NCBI GenBank assembly: GCA_964625885.1
Contig: CAZVBM010000002.1
Coordinates: 7,537 to 71,536, forward strand
Length of the DNA stretch: 64,000 bases
Direction of reading: 5' to 3'
Source: an uncultured Candidatus Saccharibacteria bacterium
Lineage (GTDB): Bacteria > Patescibacteriota > Saccharimonadia > Saccharimonadales > Saccharimonadaceae
Shown: one piece after another, positions 40,054 through 47,676 of the stretch
Layout: every line of letters begins with the position of its first letter
Position numbering within the stretch: the stretch's first letter is position 1
Position numbers and translations under genes: made by a program
The notes under the pieces: generated by a model
What the model was told of the DNA's origin: nothing
The model's input: only the letters and a program-made list of their open reading frames with translations
The model's database searches: none

Positions 40054-40524
40054 TTATAGTGTGGATGGGGTGTAGTCGCCACAACCACTGCCAGAGTCGA
40101 TATTGGCGCTCTGCTTCTTGTCGTAGTCCCAGTATTCTACACGGATACCAGTGTCGCTGCCATCAGTTGTACAAACTCGATAGTAGATGTTCTTTCGAGT
40201 TTCTTTGGTGTAAGTTGAGGCGGCGCCATTAGTGGCGGTCGATAGGTTAAGGACTCCAGTTACCTCACCGCTCAATTTGACGGTTGAATCAGCACCATCG
40301 GCTGAGAAAACGGCCACATCGGTTGGATAACCAGTCTCGAGTGAGTTGTAGGCTTCGGCCTTAGCAATCACTTCCTTGGCGTTTGATTGGTTTTTAGTAG
40401 TATTGGCCTTGTCTTGAACACCCTGGTAAGTCACGATAACGATAGTTGCCAAAATACCCATGACAACAATCACAATCAAGAGCTCAACGATGGTAAAGCC
40501 TTTTGCAGTTGTTTTTTTAGACAT
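40054..40524 (-). CDS. Type IV pilin, a candidate major pilin
   Basis: MSKKTTAKG|FTIVELLIVIVVMGILATIV. 156 aa. Strong SD (AAGGAGA). Confidence 0.85.
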   Translation of the reverse strand: MSKKTTAKGFTIVELLIVIVVMGILATIVIVTYQGVQDKANTTKNQSNAKEVIAKAEAYNSLETGYPTDVAVFSADGADSTVKLSGEVTGVLNLSTATNGAASTYTKETRKNIYYRVCTTDGSDTGIRVEYWDYDKKQSANIDSGSGCGDYTPSTL

Positions 40525-40601
40525 TGATTCCTGTCTCCTTTTTTAGTTTATAATCCGATTGTAAAGTATTTATGCTTATAATGCAAGTGTCTTTTGGTAA
40601 T

Positions 40602-41459
40602 TTACGGTATCCGATTAGCACGCAATTGGCCAGATATTACTGTTGGCCGATCACCCTCAATTGCCGCTACCTTACTTCTAAGTGTGATATGAACTGTGAC
40701 TGCCTTGTCTAGCGCATTTTGCCTTTCACCATCGTTAAGAGCAGATGAAAATACCTCAGTTAATGGCGTATCAGGCGCTGCTGGATCGAAGAACTCAATA
40801 TCTATTTCGGCATCTTCTAGCAGCTTGGAGTCGGGGTAAAAATTAGTAACTCCAGAACTATCATAAGCGCAAGTCGGTCTTTGCCATGGTATTTCACAAT
40901 TAGCTTTAAGTCCCACCAAGCCAGCCACCTCTGGATAGTCTACGTTATCTGGAAAGGCCACGCGACGATAGAGTACCCCATCTTTAATATAATAAATCGT
41001 ATTAGAAAACAGTGGTGGATTTAAGCTACAGTCGTCATGTGGGTTGTAAGACATATGTACCATATTTTTAGTTGTGTCTTCGGTCAACGGATTGTCGGTT
41101 GTCATTAGGGTCTGTAGAATCAAAGCTTTGCTATCTTGCCCAACCAGCTTAAAAGGCTCATAGTGTGAACCAATCACGCTATATTTTCTATCATAATAAT
41201 CACAAGATTGATTAGAGTTGTGCCCACTCTTGAAGCCAACCGACAAATAAGCGTTGCTTAAACTAATATCTTGCTCAATCCGATCTAGCGCTATCTGGAT
41301 ATCAGCCATGCGTTTGGTCAAAATGTTTTGCGCCGAAGAATCATTCACTAAACGAATACTCGTCGCTAATAACGCCAAAACCACAAAAATCGCAATTGGT
41401 AAAACAACTGCTAGCTCCACTACGGTAAAGCCACTTTTGACTAGCTTATTTTTGGACAT
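40602..41459 (-). CDS. Type IV minor pilin-like protein
   Basis: MSKNKLVKSG|FTVVELAVVLPIAIFVV. I prefer Met14 of the track ORF (40602..41498) because it gives a normal 10-aa leader. Confidence 0.75.
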   Translation of the reverse strand: MSKNKLVKSGFTVVELAVVLPIAIFVVLALLATSIRLVNDSSAQNILTKRMADIQIALDRIEQDISLSNAYLSVGFKSGHNSNQSCDYYDRKYSVIGSHYEPFKLVGQDSKALILQTLMTTDNPLTEDTTKNMVHMSYNPHDDCSLNPPLFSNTIYYIKDGVLYRRVAFPDNVDYPEVAGLVGLKANCEIPWQRPTCAYDSSGVTNFYPDSKLLEDAEIDIEFFDPAAPDTPLTEVFSSALNDGERQNALDKAVTVHITLRSKVAAIEGDRPTVISGQLRANRIP

Positions 41460-41832
41460 AGATTGTCTGCTTTTCACGCCTATCCGACCCATTAACATTA
41501 TAATCTACCGTTACATCAATCCGAATCAGCTTAGCTATGCAGGTATACGGAGCTGTGATTGCCGAAGTGATTTTTAATCCAGGCAAGCTCTCCTCGGCAA
41601 AAGGTGTTTGGGCCGCAATCAGCTCACCATCAGGACAATCAGCCATACTAAAGATATTACCAATATGACGCAGATGATTGTAAGCAATATTAGTCGCCTT
41701 GGACCGCGACCGCGCCTCCAGGGTACCACTTAAAACCACACTATAAAGCTGAAAACCAGCGATGATAAAGAGCGTCACCGCTATTAACGAGAACAAAACT
41801 TCAACCGTAGTTAAACCGCTCTTGACTCTCAT
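41446..41832 (-). CDS. Type IV minor pilin-like protein
   Basis: MRVKSG|LTTVEVLFSLIAVTLFIIAG. Confidence 0.7.
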   Translation of the reverse strand: MRVKSGLTTVEVLFSLIAVTLFIIAGFQLYSVVLSGTLEARSRSKATNIAYNHLRHIGNIFSMADCPDGELIAAQTPFAEESLPGLKITSAITAPYTCIAKLIRIDVTVDYNVNGSDRREKQTIYVQK

Positions 41833-41833
41833 C

Positions 41834-43015
41834 TTAGTACTTGCCGGTTATTGCCTTGCTTAATCTAATCTTACCGCCAGACTTTTCTAGATAATAAATG
41901 TAGTAGCCGCGACAATCAGTAGCGTCAACCACAGACGGTTGATAGCTTGTTAGGGTGATATTTGGCCTTGTACGTACTGAGTAATCAGCTAGCTCAACAT
42001 TATTACGTGAATTAATATTTTGACCAAATAGATTTTCGCCATCTACACGAGTATGAGGTAAGAGTGGCAAGCTAGACTTTTTAGGGTATGAACCTGGATC
42101 GTTCGGATTAGCCGCTGGTCCATACGTATAACCAGGGGCGACGCAGCCACCACCGCAGTATTGGTGCCCGGGATTATCAGAGTCATACCACAACTCCAGC
42201 CCATCAGAATAGCCATCGCCATCAGTGTCGCTAATAAGTGGGTTTGTTGGATCGCCCCTACCATCGCCATCGTTATCATATGGGTTGTGACTATCGTCAT
42301 TAACCTCTTGACCATCAGTCAGGCCATCGCCATCAGTGTCTATATTATTTGGGTTGGTACCAATAGCCGCTTCTTGGCTGTCAGTTAAGCCATCGCCATC
42401 AGTGTCAACACTAGGTCCTTCTGGTTTTTCAAAGCTCTCGCCCAAGCATTGCCAGGCCATATTGCTTGTATCAGCATAATCTGGTTTAGTCTTAATATTA
42501 GTAATTGGTTGATAAACAATCATACCTATATTCTTTTTATCATTGGCGTCTAGTTCTTCCATAGACGGTTCGCAAGCAACTATCTTTGCTGTTGGAATGC
42601 CAGAGACACAACCACTAGTAATCTCGCCGTCTGACGAAACCTCGCAACCCGTCATATCCTTTGAAAAGGATTCCGGAGTGGTTGACGACAGAAACGCAAC
42701 CTTGACATCATCATCAACACCCTTTTGCTGCTTGATGATCTGCTTCATGATCGCGCCATCTTTTATACAGGCGTCGTGAACCGACGGATATACACCCTTG
42801 TTGCCTTGCGTACCGTCAGTGGTCTGACCAGCCATATATAGCTCATCTAGGGCCGAAGCAATCCCTTCAGCATTAGTACGCGCTTTTTCGTGAGTTTGAT
42901 GATCTTTGAGTTTGCTATAACCGAACGAACTCAGTAGAGCAAAAGTTGATAAAATAACTATCACCACTAGCAATTCAACTATGGTGAAACCTGATTTAAT
43001 TTTGCGCTTATTCAT
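41834..43015 (-). CDS. Large type IV pilin-like protein carrying thrombospondin type-3-like Ca-binding repeats
   Basis: MNKRKIKSG|[13 protein letters not shown] prepilin signal. Four DxDxDG repeats ([49 protein letters not shown]). Confidence 0.8.
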   Translation of the reverse strand: MNKRKIKSGFTIVELLVVIVILSTFALLSSFGYSKLKDHQTHEKARTNAEGIASALDELYMAGQTTDGTQGNKGVYPSVHDACIKDGAIMKQIIKQQKGVDDDVKVAFLSSTTPESFSKDMTGCEVSSDGEITSGCVSGIPTAKIVACEPSMEELDANDKKNIGMIVYQPITNIKTKPDYADTSNMAWQCLGESFEKPEGPSVDTDGDGLTDSQEAAIGTNPNNIDTDGDGLTDGQEVNDDSHNPYDNDGDGRGDPTNPLISDTDGDGYSDGLELWYDSDNPGHQYCGGGCVAPGYTYGPAANPNDPGSYPKKSSLPLLPHTRVDGENLFGQNINSRNNVELADYSVRTRPNITLTSYQPSVVDATDCRGYYIYYLEKSGGKIRLSKAITGKY

Positions 43016-43051
43016 ATCCTAAGCATAAGGTTTTTGGCGTAAAAACGCAAG

Positions 43052-44098
43052 CTAATCAATTGTAATTGGCTCTAATTCTAACTCAATCGCGAATTTATCT
43101 TTGACGGCATCAACAATAGCCCGCTTGGCTAATTCTAAATCTTGATAAGTCCGCGCTGATTCGTTTACCAATATCATCGGATTGTGCGCCGTGACATTCA
43201 TACCGTGAATGGTTTGTCCTGCTAAGCCCGCCTTATCAATCAGCCAACCAGTTGGGACTTTGACTAGGCCACTGGGCTGGGGATCGCCATAAGGCAAATC
43301 TGGATAATCACGTTTTAGTTCTTCAAATTTCGCTGGCGGAATCTCGGCATTTTCAAAAAACGATCCAGCACTAGGATACTCTTTGTGATCAGGTATTCTC
43401 TTGGCACGAATTGCCAAGACATATTCACGAATTTTAGCTGGCGAATAATCGGATAGACCGTTTTCTTCAACGTATTTTTCTAGCGACCAGTAAAACGGTC
43501 GCTTCAGTTCACCTGGCGCTAAATCAAAAGTCACGCTAGTGATAATGTAGCGGTTAGTGTTGCGTCTTTTTAGTGTACTAGTACGATAAGCGAACTCAAG
43601 CTCAGAAGTCTTAACCGTCACAAAACGATTATCGATTAAATCATAGGCCTCAAACTCTACCATCGTATCGGCTACTTCTTGACCGTAAGCGCCGGCATTT
43701 TGAATCGGCGCAGCGCCGACAGAGCCCGGAATACCGCTGGTTAGCTCTACCCCAGTCATACCATCAGCGACAGTTCGCGCCACAAAATTATCCCAAACTT
43801 CACCAGACGAGACGACGTAGCGTCGCTTACTCTCCTCTGTTGTGAAATTTACAATACCCATTAATTCATTTTTAATAATAATCCCATCAAACATTTCATC
43901 GGTCGCTAATGAATTGGTGCCCGCACCCAAAACGCGGATTTTTAGACCATTTTCTACTGCAAATAGGTGTATTTTAGGTACGTCCTGCTTGTCGGTCAAA
44001 GTGTAAAAATACCTAGCACGCGACATGCCCAGTTTCATAGTCGTGAGCTCACCCAAAGCGACATTTTGTTGAAATTTTAGTGGTTGATCCATAACCAT
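43052..44098 (-). CDS. murB: UDP-N-acetylenolpyruvoylglucosamine reductase MurB
   Basis: FAD-binding region (VLGAGTNSL), GIPGSVGAAPIQNAGAYG motif and a C-terminal MurB domain. Confidence 0.88.
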   Translation of the reverse strand: MVMDQPLKFQQNVALGELTTMKLGMSRARYFYTLTDKQDVPKIHLFAVENGLKIRVLGAGTNSLATDEMFDGIIIKNELMGIVNFTTEESKRRYVVSSGEVWDNFVARTVADGMTGVELTSGIPGSVGAAPIQNAGAYGQEVADTMVEFEAYDLIDNRFVTVKTSELEFAYRTSTLKRRNTNRYIITSVTFDLAPGELKRPFYWSLEKYVEENGLSDYSPAKIREYVLAIRAKRIPDHKEYPSAGSFFENAEIPPAKFEELKRDYPDLPYGDPQPSGLVKVPTGWLIDKAGLAGQTIHGMNVTAHNPMILVNESARTYQDLELAKRAIVDAVKDKFAIELELEPITID

Positions 44099-44184
44099 AT
44101 TCTAACACAATCTGATTAATCGAAGTGCTTATATAAAAATTAAAAGACCCAAGCTCATCGCTTGGATCTTCATTTTTTGCTACC

Positions 44185-45192
44185 TTAGACAGCAACCGGC
44201 GCTCTTACAGTATCATGTGATTGATAGCCGACCAATTCGATATCATCCCAGGTGAAGTCGGTAATGCTTTCAGGCACCCTCTTGATGCGGATTGACGGAG
44301 ACGGGAACGGTTCGCGACTCAGTATTGTTTCTACCGCCCCTTGATGATTCAGATAGATGTGAGCATCACCGAAAGAGTGGTTAAACTTGTCTGGCTCACG
44401 ACCAGTTATCACTGACATCAAAATCAAGAACAAAGCATCTTGCGCATCGTTGTAGGGCACACCCAGGAACGTGTCACAACTCCTTTGGTACATATTCAGA
44501 GACAGCTTGCCAGGTTGGTTGGCAAAGAATTGATAGAAGCACGGACACGGTGGCAGCAGTGTTGCATACTCAGAGTGCGGATCCCAAAGGCTTATGATGA
44601 TCCGCCGATCACTGGGCTTATTCTCGATCTTGTCAATCGCCCTCGCCAGTTGATCAACACCAGCTCTGATTATCTGACCATCTTCCGACCGAACTTCACC
44701 AAAGTTGCGGAAATGACGACCATAAGTTGGCCCAAGCTCGCCAAAACGGCTTTCAATCGAGCCATCAAGAAGTCCTTGTTCGAACTCCTCAATTCGCCTT
44801 TTCCACTCTGGACTGTAGTCACTCTTTTTGTCATCAACATACCACCCAAAGTTGTTTATCTGACCAGTATGCTCGAGCCATTTTTTAAATGGCCACTCCG
44901 TCCAGATGTGAACATTCTTTTCAAGTAACGGAATAATGTTCGTTTTACCTCTCAGCTTCCACATCAACTCTTCGAATATACCCCGAAGGTGCATCTTTTT
45001 GATGGTTTGCAGAGGAAAGCCGTGAAACAGCAGTTTGTCATTTGGGTCAGGACGTATTTCAATTGAGTAATAATGCCCCGGCACACTCAATGTTCCGACC
45101 CCAGTACGGTCACTCACCTCCTTGTTGGCATCCAGAATCTTTCGCTCCATCGCCTGATAGGCTCGGTCATACGGATTCACGCATGTGCTCAT
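44185..45192 (-). CDS. thyA: Thymidylate synthase ThyA, long form with an insertion
   Basis: DRTGVGTLS, RRIIISLWDP, LPPCPCFYQF (catalytic Cys), YQRSCDTFLGVPYN and GDAHIYLNH motifs. An insert of about 50 aa follows the WTEWP region. Confidence 0.85.
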   Translation of the reverse strand: MSTCVNPYDRAYQAMERKILDANKEVSDRTGVGTLSVPGHYYSIEIRPDPNDKLLFHGFPLQTIKKMHLRGIFEELMWKLRGKTNIIPLLEKNVHIWTEWPFKKWLEHTGQINNFGWYVDDKKSDYSPEWKRRIEEFEQGLLDGSIESRFGELGPTYGRHFRNFGEVRSEDGQIIRAGVDQLARAIDKIENKPSDRRIIISLWDPHSEYATLLPPCPCFYQFFANQPGKLSLNMYQRSCDTFLGVPYNDAQDALFLILMSVITGREPDKFNHSFGDAHIYLNHQGAVETILSREPFPSPSIRIKRVPESITDFTWDDIELVGYQSHDTVRAPVAV

Positions 45193-45383
45193 AATAATTC
45201 CCTCCTTTTATTTTTGGTTGAGCAAAATAAAAAAGGTAGCTTGTAAACGAGCCACCCACCAAATTTATCGTAACACGTCGACACAAGCCCAGTCAATAAA
45301 ACCCGCTCGCCCGGCGGGCTTTTTCTTTTCTCAGTTTTATTGTAAAATATATTCGGTGGCGTACTTTATAAGGAGGTGATCAT

Positions 45384-45959
45384 ATGAAAAGAGCCACGAC
45401 TCCAGTTTATATCATAGCTGCTGTTGGCCAAGATCTAGAATTAGGTATTGGCGATAACCTACTGGGAAATTTCCCAACTGACATGAAGCATTTTACCGAA
45501 ACGACCGAAAACAGCGTAGTAATTATGGGTCGAAAAACTTTTGATTCGCTGCGCAAAAAACCGTTGCCTGGTCGCACTAACATCGTTTTGTCGCGCGATC
45601 CAAACTTCAAATTTGAAGGCGCTCATGTAGCCAAAGATCATCTGGAAGCTCTAGAGCTAGCTCAGGAGTTGGCAGACGGTCGCAATATCTTTGTGATTGG
45701 CGGCGAATCAGTTTACCGACGGTATCTTGACGACAACCTGATCGACCAAATTTATCTGACTGAGATCCAAGCTGATTTTCCTGAGGCTGACAAATTCTTT
45801 CCATTTCATCCGTTACAAACACGGTATTCAAACTGGCATCTGGTTCAGCAAGAAATTGTTGAAGCCGATGACGTCACTATGCACTTTTCTATCTATGAAA
45901 GGTCTGGCAAAAGTCGAATTGAGGAGATTGAAGAAAGAACGAAAGAATGGCCAGACTGA
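45384..45959 (+). CDS. folA: Dihydrofolate reductase, with a C-terminal extension of about 25 aa
   Basis: IAAVGQDLELG, MGRKTFDSL, GRTNIVLSRD and VIGGESVY motifs. SD AAGGAGG. Confidence 0.88.
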   Translation: MKRATTPVYIIAAVGQDLELGIGDNLLGNFPTDMKHFTETTENSVVIMGRKTFDSLRKKPLPGRTNIVLSRDPNFKFEGAHVAKDHLEALELAQELADGRNIFVIGGESVYRRYLDDNLIDQIYLTEIQADFPEADKFFPFHPLQTRYSNWHLVQQEIVEADDVTMHFSIYERSGKSRIEEIEERTKEWPD

Positions 45960-46019
45960 AAAAAGCAATTCCCCGGCTATAATCCCAACCCCGTAAAATA
46001 AGCAAAAAACACTTCCACC

Positions 46020-46339
46020 CAGAAACACCTCGTGTAAACGAGGTGTTAATTTTAGTGAGACATCGCTCACCGCGTTCGCTCCTCCGCTCCGAAAGGGTCG
46101 AAAGCAAGCTTTCGCGTTTCTTTCGTCGCTACGCCGAACTCACGACTTGTTTTGCTAGTGAGACATCGCTCATCCGCCAATTGGCGGATTCACTCCTCCG
46201 CTTGCTTGCGAAAAAATGTAAACACTTTTTCGCTTCACTGCGCTACGCCGAACTCATTTTTGCTACGCAAAAATCTGAGTTCTCGTCTCAGCCAAAATCA
46301 AAATCCTCCATAGCAATTCAAAAGGATTGCGACGGAGGA
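46020..46339 (-). repeat. Two tandem tRNA-Lys-matched units downstream of tRNA-Lys
   Basis: tagtgagacatcgctca occurs twice (46053-46069 and 46156-46172). cgaactcacgac at 46135-46146 equals 46359-46370 inside the tRNA. The 61-nt block at 46193-46253 is the reverse complement of 39044-39104 (59/61). Confidence 0.85.
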
Positions 46340-46416
46340 TGGTGGATCTGGTGAGACTCGAACTCACGACACCCTGCTTAAGAGGCAGGTGCTCTAACCG
46401 GCTGAGCTACAGATCC
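46340..46416 (-). tRNA. tRNA-Lys (anticodon CUU), CCA encoded
   Basis: Hand-folded from the reverse complement: GGATCTG acceptor, anticodon loop CTCTTAA, T-arm GTGAG-TTCGAGT-CTCAC. Confidence 0.9.
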
Positions 46417-46497
46417 GAACGTCATTATTTTACACTTTTTTACAGATTTTACAAGAGAATAAGAAAAATCCCTGCCTGTACGGCAGAGATTTTGTTA

Positions 46498-47154
46498 CTA
46501 GGTGGCGAACCAATCGTCAACAATTGGCCGGATGATTTGATAGATATCAGCCGCCACCTTTTCCTCGGACTGACTGGCGTCAACCAAATGACGACCATTT
46601 TGTTGACTAAGCTCGATATAACCCTGCCTGACTCGCTCGTGGAAATCAGCACCTTTTGACTCAAAGGTGTCAGCTTGGGCTGCAGCCAAGTCGCGCGACC
46701 GCATACGCTCCTGGATTGTTGGCACATCGACCATCAAGATTATTTCAGCGCCTGGCTTGGTGTAGTCTTTTGGCAACCACATTTTCGTCGAAGCAATGAT
46801 GTCATCAAGATCAACGCCTTCGCCATAGCCCTGATAAGCCAATGTCGACAAATAGCTCCGCGATGAAATAACCCAAATGCCCTCTTGCAATTTTGGGCCA
46901 TAAACCGTGTTCCACGCATCAGCCCTGGCGGCCAAGAACAACAAAGCGTTCGTCTTGGGATGACGATCGATCTCTTTGTTCTTTAAAATACCCTTTAAAG
47001 TATCCGCCATAACCGTTCCGCCTGGCTCCTCAATCTCAATGCATTTAATGCCATAACTACGTAACCGTGCCAGCAAGCGCTGCACTTGAGTTGATTTGCC
47101 AGAACCATCACCACCGTCTAATACAATGTACCTACCTCTTTTCACAAAATTCAC
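46498..47154 (-). CDS. tmk: Thymidylate kinase
   Basis: P-loop LDGGDGSGKSTQ and DRY-like region. 218 aa. Confidence 0.9.
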   Translation of the reverse strand: MNFVKRGRYIVLDGGDGSGKSTQVQRLLARLRSYGIKCIEIEEPGGTVMADTLKGILKNKEIDRHPKTNALLFLAARADAWNTVYGPKLQEGIWVISSRSYLSTLAYQGYGEGVDLDDIIASTKMWLPKDYTKPGAEIILMVDVPTIQERMRSRDLAAAQADTFESKGADFHERVRQGYIELSQQNGRHLVDASQSEEKVAADIYQIIRPIVDDWFAT

Positions 47155-47240
47155 CTCACCTTTTATTTGTTTTTAATAAGATATAGTTCTAATATACACC
47201 ATTGGCCTAAATCGGTCCAATATGGTAAAATAATGAAGCT

Positions 47241-47315
47241 TGCGGGTGTCGTATAATGGCTAATATATCTGCCTTCCAAGCAGAGGCTGCGAGTTCGATT
47301 CTCGCCACCCGCACC
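47241..47315 (+). tRNA. tRNA-Gly (anticodon UCC), CCA encoded
   Basis: Hand-folded: acceptor GCGGGTG/CACCCGC, anticodon loop CTTCCAA, T-arm GCGAG-TTCGATT-CTCGC. Confidence 0.9.
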
Positions 47316-47568
47316 AGACCGCATTTGAGGCTTTAGTCTCAAATAAGGTATGCTCGGCGTAGAAGAGAAGCGAACTCTTCGATAATTTCGCGGTCAGCGA
47401 AATTACATGTTGAGCCCAAGAAAACCAGCAACCTAAAAAATAGTTTTCATGGCGCGAGACTATATTCTCGCCACCCGCACCAAATCGTATTTGAGATTTT
47501 AATCTCAAATGCGAGTTGGCTCAGCATGGAAGAGAAGCGAACTCTTCGTTCTCGCCACCAACATCGTA
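47316..47568 (+). repeat. Two tandem tRNA-Gly-matched units between tRNA-Gly and tRNA-Arg(UCU)
   Basis: attctcgccacccgcacca (47297-47315) is repeated at 47463-47481. A degenerate third copy, ttctcgccacc, lies at 47548-47558. Both units start with an atttgag...ctcaaat hairpin and share gaagagaagcgaactcttcg. Confidence 0.85.
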
Positions 47569-47645
47569 TGCCTCGGTAGCTCAGCTGGATAGAGCAGGAG
47601 ACTTCTAAGCTCAAGGTCATAGGTTCGACTCCTATCCGAGGCGCC
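47569..47645 (+). tRNA. tRNA-Arg (anticodon UCU), CCA encoded
   Basis: Hand-folded: acceptor GCCTCGG/CCGAGGC, anticodon loop CTTCTAA (the anticodon stem has mismatches), T-arm ATAGG-TTCGACT-CCTAT. Terminator tcgcc-acacaa-ggcga with a T-run follows. Confidence 0.85.
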
Positions 47646-47676
47646 AAATTATTCGCCACACAAGGCGATTTTTTGT

